64,000 bases of DNA from Candidatus Kapaibacterium sp. (GTDB taxonomy: Bacteria > Bacteroidota > Ignavibacteria > Kapaibacteriales > NICIL-2): contig JBBATK010000008.1 in the NCBI GenBank assembly GCA_040398805.1, positions 28,060-92,059 on the forward strand. The letters are read 5' to 3'. The notes beneath the pieces were generated by a model. The model searched no databases. It was not told where the DNA came from and saw only the letters and a program-made list of their open reading frames with translations. The position numbers were made by a program, and so were the translations under genes. Below are positions 9,362 through 16,739 of this stretch, piece by piece (the stretch's first letter is position 1; every line of letters starts with the position of its first letter).

Positions 9362-9416
9362 GGAGTCCAGAGACCACACAAAAAACGGGGCGTAACCGAA
9401 AAGCCAGACGAGTAGG
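9362..9416 (+). promoter_or_regulatory. conserved leader element, copy 1 (upstream of rhodopsin)
   Basis: 47/55 nt identical, ungapped, to 12965-13019. Ends 20 nt before the rhodopsin ATG. Confidence 0.45.
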
Positions 9417-9436
9417 GACTAACCAACTGTTTTGGT

Positions 9437-10153
9437 ATGGAACATCTTACTATTGCCAACGATAATTACGTAGCCTTTACGTTTTTTATCGGCACCATGG
9501 CCATGATGGCCTCGTCGGTGTTCTTCTTTCTGGAGCTGAACAACACGCACCGGAATTGGAGAACCTCGGTCCTCGTATCAGGACTGATCACGTTCATCGC
9601 AGCTGTGCACTACTACTACATGCGCGGCTACAACTTGGAGACAGGTCAATCGCCGACCTTCTTCCGCTATGTGGATTGGATGCTCACCGTGCCCCTGATG
9701 TGCGTGGAGTTCTATCTCATCACGAAAAAGGCCGGGGCGAAAATCGGCTTGATGTGGCGCCTGATCGCGCTCTCCGTGGTGATGCTCGTGACAGGGTACT
9801 TCGGCGAGACGGTGGATCGCGGTAACAGCGTCATGTGGGGTGTGATCTCCGGTGCAGCGTACTTCTACATCGTGTACATGGTGTGGTTCGGCGAAGTCAA
9901 GAGCTTGGCGCAAGCCGCAGGCGAGCACGTGGCCAAAGCCACACGCGTCCTTGCATGGTTCGTGCTTGTGGGCTGGGCGATCTATCCTTTGGGATATATC
10001 CTCGGTACACCGGGCGGACTCTTCGGTATGCAGATGGTGGCAGACCCCGCAGCAGCCACCCACGCGATGGATATCGTGTACAACATCGGCGATGCCGTGA
10101 ACAAGATCGGCTTCGGTCTGGTGATCTACTCGCTGTCCCGCAACGCAGAGTAA
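9437..10153 (+). CDS. microbial rhodopsin, proteorhodopsin/xanthorhodopsin clade, predicted outward proton pump
   Basis: 238 aa, 7 TM. RYVDWMLTVPLMCVEF gives the D80/T84/E91 (DTE) motif. H58 is present. YNIGDAVNKIGFG carries counter-ion D219 and Schiff-base K223. Confidence 0.95.
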   Translation: MEHLTIANDNYVAFTFFIGTMAMMASSVFFFLELNNTHRNWRTSVLVSGLITFIAAVHYYYMRGYNLETGQSPTFFRYVDWMLTVPLMCVEFYLITKKAGAKIGLMWRLIALSVVMLVTGYFGETVDRGNSVMWGVISGAAYFYIVYMVWFGEVKSLAQAAGEHVAKATRVLAWFVLVGWAIYPLGYILGTPGGLFGMQMVADPAAATHAMDIVYNIGDAVNKIGFGLVIYSLSRNAE

Positions 10154-10182
10154 GTTCTCTCATGCGTCGGATGTAAATGATG

Positions 10183-10219
10183 ACGGAAGGCATCTGTTGG
10201 TGCCTTCCGTTTTTTTTTA
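10183..10219 (+). terminator. rho-independent terminator after rhodopsin
   Basis: ACGGAAGGCA-tctgttgg-TGCCTTCCGT followed by a T9 run. Confidence 0.8.
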
Positions 10220-10333
10220 TGCAGCAGCGGGAATGCACCCTCTTGTCGATATCTATCGAGCGCTATTTTCGTCGTGGATTCACCCTGCCGGACGGATCGG
10301 TGAACCGCTTCATTCACTCCTTTACCCCTCTGT

Positions 10334-10972
10334 ATGCCGCGAAGCCTGTGTCGTGTCTCGACGATAGCCGCAATCTCCATGTGGTTCCTTGTGTGCGGCT
10401 GTGCTACGGGTAGCAGCGTTGTGATCGATGCCGACCTGCTCCGCTTCGCCTCCATGCTGACAGGAGAATTCTCCAGTTCGGCACAGGCGCAACGGGATAC
10501 GTCGTATTTCCACATCCACCTTTCCATGAGCAGGATATGGGAGAGCAGAACGGACGGCGTGTGGCTGTATGTGGAACAGGCCATGGCTACGCGACCGGAA
10601 GCGCCGTACCGTCAGCGTGTGTACCGGCTCACGCGCATCGGCAATGACGAATTCCTGAGCGACATCTACACGATACGGAACGCATCGGCGGTGATCGGCG
10701 CGCAAAGGTCCGGGGAAAAGCGCGCAGCCCTCACCTACGAGCAGATCGAGCTTAAAAACGGCTGTTCCGTCCGTATGCGACGTGCCGGCGGTGAGTATGT
10801 GGGCGGAACGGATGGAACGGGGTGTCCTTCCGACCTGCGCGGTGCCAGCTACGCCACTACTGTCATCACGTTGAAAAGTGGAATATTGGTGTCATGGGAT
10901 CGAGGATACGACGCCAAGGGCAATCAAGTGTGGGGTGCTGTGAACGGAGGCTATGAGTTCGTGAAGGAATAA
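10334..10972 (+). CDS. CpcT/CpeT-like (DUF1001, bilin-lyase fold) lipoprotein
   Basis: Signal/lipobox region MWFLVCGCATG. Family-like motifs: FSSSAQAQRD, LYVEQAMA, PYRQRVYRL, GCSVRMRR, SWDRGYDAKGNQVWGAVNGGYEFVK. Start may be 10334 or 10379. Confidence 0.7.
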   Translation: MPRSLCRVSTIAAISMWFLVCGCATGSSVVIDADLLRFASMLTGEFSSSAQAQRDTSYFHIHLSMSRIWESRTDGVWLYVEQAMATRPEAPYRQRVYRLTRIGNDEFLSDIYTIRNASAVIGAQRSGEKRAALTYEQIELKNGCSVRMRRAGGEYVGGTDGTGCPSDLRGASYATTVITLKSGILVSWDRGYDAKGNQVWGAVNGGYEFVKE

Positions 10973-11041
10973 GGGATACGTTTTCTCTTGCGGCATGACG
11001 CTTCGCTTTTCCCATCGATTGACTCACCAACAATACTGTCT

Positions 11042-11371
11042 ATGACCTGGTTACATCTCATCATCGCCATTCTTGCTGAAGTCATCGGTACGTCCGCATT
11101 ACGTGCCTCTGATGGTTTCACGAAGCCGATTCCTTCCGCCGTCGTCGTCGTCGGGTACGGCGTAGCATTCTATTTCCTGTCCCTCACCCTCAAGGAGATT
11201 CCTGTCGGTATCGCCTACGCCATATGGTCGGGCGTCGGTACCGTCCTCATCACGCTTGCAGGTGTTCTGCTCTACAAGCAGCATCTGGACACGCCTGCGG
11301 TGATCGGTTTGTGTTGCATCCTCATCGGTGTGGCGGTCATCAACCTGTACTCGAAGAGTATCGTGCATTAA
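11042..11371 (+). CDS. SMR family multidrug efflux transporter (EmrE/QacE-like)
   Basis: 109 aa, 4 TM. Motifs: WLHLIIAILAEVIGTSALRAS (conserved Glu) and GIAYAIWSGVGTVLI. Confidence 0.9.
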   Translation: MTWLHLIIAILAEVIGTSALRASDGFTKPIPSAVVVVGYGVAFYFLSLTLKEIPVGIAYAIWSGVGTVLITLAGVLLYKQHLDTPAVIGLCCILIGVAVINLYSKSIVH

Positions 11372-11448
11372 GCCGGAATCTCACGAAAAGCGTCTTTCGT
11401 CAACATCGAATTCATGTCACTTTGAACATCGTCTCCCGGAGAACTCCT

Positions 11449-12345
11449 ATGGCACTGTCGCGTCTACGCATTCCTCTTCCTCTCTCTCGTGTGTTGTTGC
11501 TGCTGGCGAGCATGATGCTGCATGCTTGTGGCAGTAACTCGTCGGTGACGAATCCTCCGGCAGAGGTTGCCTTCCGCCAGACGAAACGCCTGAGCTACAA
11601 CGGTGTCTCGGTGGACGCTGTCATCAAGAAGCCCGCGGCGAACGACGTGGATGTGATGCTCACGTTTCATGGAACGGTGGTGTACGACAGTCTGATCCTT
11701 CAAGCGGCAAACACCGTACTCGATGCTTTCGATTCCTTGCTCGTGAACGACAGCACCATGATGTACGTAAGTGTGGCGTATCCGGAGGAGAATCTCTTGC
11801 TCGGCGACAATGTTTCCCATGCGGAAGCGGCGCTCTTGTGGGTGCGCAACAAAGCAGCGCAGGAGCTGGGCATACGGGTGGGTAAGGTGTTTCTTGCGGG
11901 ACATTCCCAAGGCGGTTATGTGGCGACACGGTTGAATACGTTGCAGGAGACCGATGGCGTCATCGCCAATGCACCGGGTCCGCTGAACCTCGTGTACCGA
12001 TGCGGATTGGAGGAAGATGGCAAGGTGACATCGAGCTCGCAATGCACGGCCTTGCGCGAGGCGTACGGTACGACGAAGGAGAATCCCGAGGCCTATCGTG
12101 AGCGATCTCTGCTTCGGTACACAAGCGGATACAAGGCGGACATATTCTTTGTGCAAGGCATGACCGATAGTCCCATACAACTTGCTTCCTGGCCGTTGTT
12201 CACGCAGAACATCAATGCCTGCGCGAACTGCAAGCAGGTGCAGATACTCGAGCTCGAGGGCCTGCCGCATCAAGCGCTGTTCATGAGCGCGGAGGGCAAG
12301 GCGGCGTTCAATAGCTTTGTGGAGCAACGACGAACGAAGCGCTAA
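11449..12345 (+). CDS. alpha/beta hydrolase lipoprotein
   Basis: The signal peptide ends in LHACGS. GHSQGG is the nucleophile elbow. Confidence 0.75.
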   Translation: MALSRLRIPLPLSRVLLLLASMMLHACGSNSSVTNPPAEVAFRQTKRLSYNGVSVDAVIKKPAANDVDVMLTFHGTVVYDSLILQAANTVLDAFDSLLVNDSTMMYVSVAYPEENLLLGDNVSHAEAALLWVRNKAAQELGIRVGKVFLAGHSQGGYVATRLNTLQETDGVIANAPGPLNLVYRCGLEEDGKVTSSSQCTALREAYGTTKENPEAYRERSLLRYTSGYKADIFFVQGMTDSPIQLASWPLFTQNINACANCKQVQILELEGLPHQALFMSAEGKAAFNSFVEQRRTKR

Positions 12346-12379
12346 TCATGCTTCGAATGACCGCAGAAAGGAGCGTCTG

Positions 12380-12754
12380 ATGAAAGCTCTGGTCTATGTG
12401 TGGATGGTGTGTGTCATGACCGTTGCGCTGCCGGCGCAGTGCAAGGTCTACTCGGGTTCCGGTGGCTACAGGGTGGCAGCGCGCGTCGCGGACGGACGTG
12501 TCTATGCGGGTCCGTCGGGGCATACGGTCATCGCCCGTGTGGATGGGAATAGGATCCTCTCCGGTCTTAACGGCTATACCGTTCTCGCCCGCATCGAGGG
12601 CCAGCGCATCTACTCCGGTACCGGCTTCACGGTGATAGGCCGAATCGACGGATTGAAGGTCTATTATGGCAGCAGCGGAACCAAGGTGGCCGCCCGAGGT
12701 GAAGGGTGCGGACTCATGAGTCTCGTTGCCGGTGCCGTGGCCACGTGCTTGTAG
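12380..12754 (+). CDS. secreted protein built of five ~18-aa repeats (beta-flower-like)
   Basis: AAAGGAG lies upstream of the ATG, and there is a signal peptide. Repeats: KVYSGSGGYRVAARVADG / RVYAGPSGHTVIARVDGN / RILSGLNGYTVLARIEGQ / RIYSGTGFTVIGRIDGL / KVYYGSSGTKVAARGEG. Confidence 0.6.
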   Translation: MKALVYVWMVCVMTVALPAQCKVYSGSGGYRVAARVADGRVYAGPSGHTVIARVDGNRILSGLNGYTVLARIEGQRIYSGTGFTVIGRIDGLKVYYGSSGTKVAARGEGCGLMSLVAGAVATCL

Positions 12755-12964
12755 TGAAGCGACAGAGCCTGCACACAGGGCACTGTTACTGTGCACACAT
12801 TGAACGGCCGATGACCCAGGAGCTCTTTTCTGACGGCTGATCAGGTGTTTCCCTCCTTCCTTACGGCATGTTGCCTCCTACGAGAAATTTGTTAACTTCA
12901 TCGTGTACCTATGAACAATGCCGTGAGTTCCTCTTCTCGTCGCATTCAAGGTAGTATTCATGGT

Positions 12965-13019
12965 GGAGACCAGCAACCACGATAAAAACGGGGCGTCACC
13001 GAAAAGCCATACGAGTAGG
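12965..13019 (+). promoter_or_regulatory. conserved leader element, copy 2 (upstream of Bor-like lipoprotein)
   Basis: 47/55 nt identical to 9362-9416. Ends 21 nt before the ATG at 13041. Confidence 0.45.
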
Positions 13020-13040
13020 ATATATGAAAGGACGTATCGT

Positions 13041-13334
13041 ATGAAAAGAGCTTGGAAAAGCGTTATGCTGTTAGTCGCATGCGCTACCGTGCTGTCGTCG
13101 TGCTACACATTAACCTACGACGTCGGCGAAGGAGCGAAATCGGGTCGTGAGATCTCCGAGAAGAACCACTATCTCGTGTATGGTCTTGCAGCCATCAAGA
13201 CATCGGATCCCACAAAGATGGCCGGTGGAGCCAAGGATTACACCGTGACAATCCAGCACACCTTCATTGATGGCCTCATCAATGCGCTGACCTTCGGAAT
13301 CTATTCACCGACGACGACGACGGTGACGAAGTAA
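13041..13334 (+). CDS. Bor family lipoprotein
   Basis: Signal plus lipobox LSSC. C-terminal TIQHTFIDGLINALTFGIYSPTTTTV matches the Bor family pattern. Confidence 0.75.
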   Translation: MKRAWKSVMLLVACATVLSSCYTLTYDVGEGAKSGREISEKNHYLVYGLAAIKTSDPTKMAGGAKDYTVTIQHTFIDGLINALTFGIYSPTTTTVTK

Positions 13335-13356
13335 CTCGCGGACCGAATTGTGTACC

Positions 13357-13387
13357 GGGACCGGTCATCGTAGACGGTCCCTTTTTT
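13357..13387 (+). terminator. rho-independent terminator
   Basis: GGGACCG-11 nt loop-CGGTCCC followed by TTTTTT. Confidence 0.7.
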
Positions 13388-13398
13388 GTTTCTCTCCC

Positions 13399-13584
13399 AT
13401 GCGAATCGTCATCCGAATCCTCGGTGCGCTCCTTCTCCTCCTTGGTGCCTACCAGACCCTGCTCTATATCCGCGACTACGATGTCATCACACAGTATGGT
13501 AAAGGATACGTCTGGGGGTCGGTCATCATGACTCTTGCCGGTGGTGCACTGGTTATCATGTCATTCCGCAAGAAACGGCGGTAG
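13399..13584 (+). CDS. small membrane protein (hypothetical)
   Basis: 61 aa with two hydrophobic helices and a basic tail (RKKRR). Confidence 0.45.
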   Translation: MRIVIRILGALLLLLGAYQTLLYIRDYDVITQYGKGYVWGSVIMTLAGGALVIMSFRKKRR

Positions 13585-13641
13585 TCAGCAGACAGCCACC
13601 CGTCTTCCTTCCACACGAAACGAATCGAAGGTGATATCCTG

Positions 13642-14031
13642 ATGAATGCCTCGTTGATTGTCTCCGCTCTCATCGTCATCGTCCACTTTCTCGTCGTGGT
13701 CATTGTCCTCTACGGCTGGTTCGCTGTTTTTTGGGGACGTTTCCTCCGGTTTCACAGGCGAGACTACTACGTGTACGCGTTCTACGTCTGCGCCCTCGGC
13801 CAAATCGTCTCGGAACTGTCGATAGGGTCATGCATACTCACGGACATAGAACGGGCATTGCGTCAAAGTGCCGACCCGACCGTTTCCTATTCCACAGGAT
13901 TTCTTCAGCACTATCTCCCGTTTCTTCCGACGGCGTTCGTGAACTCGCTCGGTATCTGCACGCTGGTGGCACTCACCATCGCGTCCGTCCAGGTAGCAGT
14001 GGCCATGCGATCCCAGCGGGACATCCGATAA
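13642..14031 (+). CDS. DUF2784-like membrane protein
   Basis: 129 aa. Hydrophobic N-terminus with His, and the central motif SCILTDIERALR resembles the CPLT..E..LR signature. Confidence 0.65.
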   Translation: MNASLIVSALIVIVHFLVVVIVLYGWFAVFWGRFLRFHRRDYYVYAFYVCALGQIVSELSIGSCILTDIERALRQSADPTVSYSTGFLQHYLPFLPTAFVNSLGICTLVALTIASVQVAVAMRSQRDIR

Positions 14032-14074
14032 CCCCACCACTCGTTGCCTCAAGGCCTGGGGGTGGGGCTGTTTT
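14032..14074 (+). terminator. possible terminator between convergent genes
   Basis: CCCCACC...GGTGGGG stem followed by CTGTTTT. Confidence 0.4.
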
Positions 14075-14169
14075 CACAGGCGGGCATCGTGCTCCTGTCG
14101 GACTTCTTCGCCGAGCGCCGGGCGCATGAATACATGGCGCATCCGCAAGGCCTGATCGGATGCGGACCA

Positions 14170-14859
14170 TCAGTCTTCGCCCAGCGTACACACCGTCTTC
14201 TCTTCATCGTCCGGCTCGTAACCCATACTCAGGGCTTTGCGATAATCACGGCAGGCTGCATCGGTGTCTCTCAGGTCCGCAAAAGCCCAGGCTCTTTCCA
14301 TATACAGATGCGGTCCCTCCGCGGGATTACTGGCAATCGCCTTGGTAAGCTCTTTCAGCGCCAGTCCGGGGTATCCATTCTGTCTCTGAATCTGGCTCAA
14401 GAAGTATCGATTGTCACCATAATTCAGATCGCTCCTTGTCAGATCGTCGAACGCCTTCGAATCGTTTCCGTTGAAAAAATGGAGCATGCCGCGGATGGCG
14501 AATAATTGGTGATCATACCGTAACGCACGTACCAACCAGTCCGCTTCTTTTATGGCATCAGCAAGTCGACCTCCTGCAATCCACAAAACCATGGCTACTT
14601 TGTGCAAATCTTTATCACGAGGATGTTTTTTCAGAAGAACCTTCAACATGGAGTCAACCGCTTCCGTGTGGCCGGAGTCCGCAAGCATCGATATCATAAG
14701 ACCGTGCAGAGTCGTCGTATCGTCCCTCGACTCTTTCATTGATTCGAGTAATTGCTGTTGAAACTTCTTGAACGTGAGTTTCGAGGTATGCGCCATGCCG
14801 GTGAAACCGGGCAGCCACAAGAGCGTGAAGGAGAACATGACAATGAGGTGTTTTTTCAT
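14170..14859 (-). CDS. secreted TPR-like repeat protein (paralog 1)
   Basis: Starts at MKKHLIVMFSF (ATG 14859) with a signal peptide. C-terminal LTKAIA..P...YMERAWAFA...AC.DY..AL..GY.PD...C..GE is shared with the next gene. Confidence 0.7.
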   Translation of the reverse strand: MKKHLIVMFSFTLLWLPGFTGMAHTSKLTFKKFQQQLLESMKESRDDTTTLHGLMISMLADSGHTEAVDSMLKVLLKKHPRDKDLHKVAMVLWIAGGRLADAIKEADWLVRALRYDHQLFAIRGMLHFFNGNDSKAFDDLTRSDLNYGDNRYFLSQIQRQNGYPGLALKELTKAIASNPAEGPHLYMERAWAFADLRDTDAACRDYRKALSMGYEPDDEEKTVCTLGED

Positions 14860-15068
14860 AAGAAAATGGTACGTGTGTGATACATGCATCTGTAAGGGAG
14901 AGAAAACAGGGACTGCAGCCGTTGTTTCTGAATGACGGTTTTTTATTGATTTTTCTGACATCTCAGAGACGACAGAGGTAACGGTGGATGACTTCCGGGC
15001 GAGTGGGGAAAATCGATGAACACGAAGCGATACCATGAGCGGGTGAAACCCCTGAAGCGTCATACATC

Positions 15069-15773
15069 TCACTCCTCACCTTGCGGGCAGATCTTCTTGG
15101 TAGCCTCATCAGGTGAGTATCCCCGGTGCAATGCCTCATAGTAGTCTTGGCATGCAGTGGCGGAATCACCTATTTGTGCAAAGGCGAACGCTCTTTCCAT
15201 ATAGAACTCAGAGAGGTTCTCCGGAGCACGGGCTATGGCTTTTGTCAGGACGACGATGGCAAAATCCGCCATCTCCATTCGCATGTATGCCTTCGCCGTC
15301 ATCAACCGAGCCTCCATGTTGTCCGGGTTTATCTGTGTGGCGAATACAAAGTCGTTGAATGCTTTGGGGAACTGGCCATCGTGAAAGTACGCCTGACCCC
15401 TCAGGGTGTACAGTGTGTCGTTCACACCTCCCGTTCCCTTACGGTACTCACGAATCACGTCACCGAATCGACGTATCGACTCTTTTGTCTTTCCAAATTG
15501 ATCCAGCAACCCGGCGAGAATCATCCTGATGGTGAAAGCCCGCGGGTTCTTCCTGACGTGATTGCGGAGAAACCGGAAAGCCTCATCGACCTTATTCGAG
15601 TCAACGAGCTCCTCCCATTTCCTCATCACTTCTCTCGTGATCTTCTCGTGCGCTGCCCATTCGGCCGCTTTTCGTGTCGAGTCCGACAGCTGCCCGCTGT
15701 TTGCGCGATGTGTGCTGCCCGTGCGCATGCTCAGGAGGAGCAACCCACAAAGGATTGTCAATAGGTACTTCAT
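15069..15773 (-). CDS. secreted TPR-like repeat protein (paralog 2)
   Basis: Starts at MKYLLTILCGLLLL (ATG 15773). Same C-terminal signature as 14170-14859. Confidence 0.7.
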   Translation of the reverse strand: MKYLLTILCGLLLLSMRTGSTHRANSGQLSDSTRKAAEWAAHEKITREVMRKWEELVDSNKVDEAFRFLRNHVRKNPRAFTIRMILAGLLDQFGKTKESIRRFGDVIREYRKGTGGVNDTLYTLRGQAYFHDGQFPKAFNDFVFATQINPDNMEARLMTAKAYMRMEMADFAIVVLTKAIARAPENLSEFYMERAFAFAQIGDSATACQDYYEALHRGYSPDEATKKICPQGEE

Positions 15774-15993
15774 GGTGAATGATGATGATGATGAAACAAA
15801 CCTCTCTATAAGGGTGACGCGAGGCCTGTTCCATAACGACACGAAATCTGTTTTTTTTGGCATTTTTCGCACATGCAGATGAAACACCCCTCAATTGTGG
15901 ATAACTTTCATGTAGGTGTGGAAATCTTTACACCAAAATCTGCGAAAAAAGGGGGTTGAAAGAACACAGCATGGGAATGCCAAGACTTTTCCC

Positions 15994-16548
15994 TTAGCCG
16001 ATGAACAGATATTGCTTCCAATGTTCATCCACTTTGCCCATGAAATGGGAGAGGAAAACGATATGGTTGGGTTTGCGGGGATGGGTGAGCAGTCGGAGTC
16101 CGGCTTCTTCAGGGGTACGACTTCCCTTACGATTGTTGCAGGGAACGCATGCGGCCACAAGGTTTTCCCAGGAATCGCCACCGCCTCGCGACTTCGGGAT
16201 GACGTGGTCCAACGTCAGAGGATGGGAATGGGATCCGCAATACTGACATCGGAAACCGTCGCGACGGAGGATGTTCTTCCGCGACAGGTCCACGCGCTTG
16301 TAGGGAACGCGTATGTAGGATTGCAACCGGATGACACTTGGAAAGGGGAACGAGCTGCGTATGCTTTTCAACGCGGAACCGGGACGATACTCGACGAGTT
16401 CGGCTTTACTGAGATACATGAGCATGAAGGCTTTCTTCACACTGCACACCGATATGGGTTCGTATCCCTGATTGAGCACAAGGACGCGCCCGCCGAGGAC
16501 CGGTGACGCGACCGGTGCGGCTACGGACATCGGGCGATGTCCGTGCAT
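15994..16548 (-). CDS. HNH endonuclease family protein
   Basis: Motifs: VLVLNQGYEPISV and RDGFRCQYCGSHSHPLTLDHVIPKSRGGGDSWENLVAACVPCNNRKG. Confidence 0.85.
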   Translation of the reverse strand: MHGHRPMSVAAPVASPVLGGRVLVLNQGYEPISVCSVKKAFMLMYLSKAELVEYRPGSALKSIRSSFPFPSVIRLQSYIRVPYKRVDLSRKNILRRDGFRCQYCGSHSHPLTLDHVIPKSRGGGDSWENLVAACVPCNNRKGSRTPEEAGLRLLTHPRKPNHIVFLSHFMGKVDEHWKQYLFIG

Positions 16549-16739
16549 GCTGTTCCCGCTTTTGATCTGAACGCTGAAGACTGTCTCCCGTGGTTGATGA
16601 GTACGTCACAAGAGTTCCGGTTCGAGCTACGATGACCTCATCAAAATACGAGAATTTACCTGCGAGGCAAACGCCAGCGCCGCCACGTCTGCAAATGATA
16701 ATCCCGAACGGGAATGTGTCCGGTATCGCCGCTTTCCAC

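Noticed and set aside
9358-9470. Possible upstream ORF / leader peptide starting at ATG 9358 and crossing the conserved leader element.
   Set aside because: The corresponding ATG in copy 2 puts the element in a different reading frame, so the peptides are unrelated. Conservation is at the nucleotide level.
15994-16548. HNH endonuclease as part of a defence system or mobile element.
   Set aside because: It is a stand-alone small HNH of a widely conserved housekeeping-like family. There is no methylase, helicase, ATPase, transposase or intron/intein context nearby.
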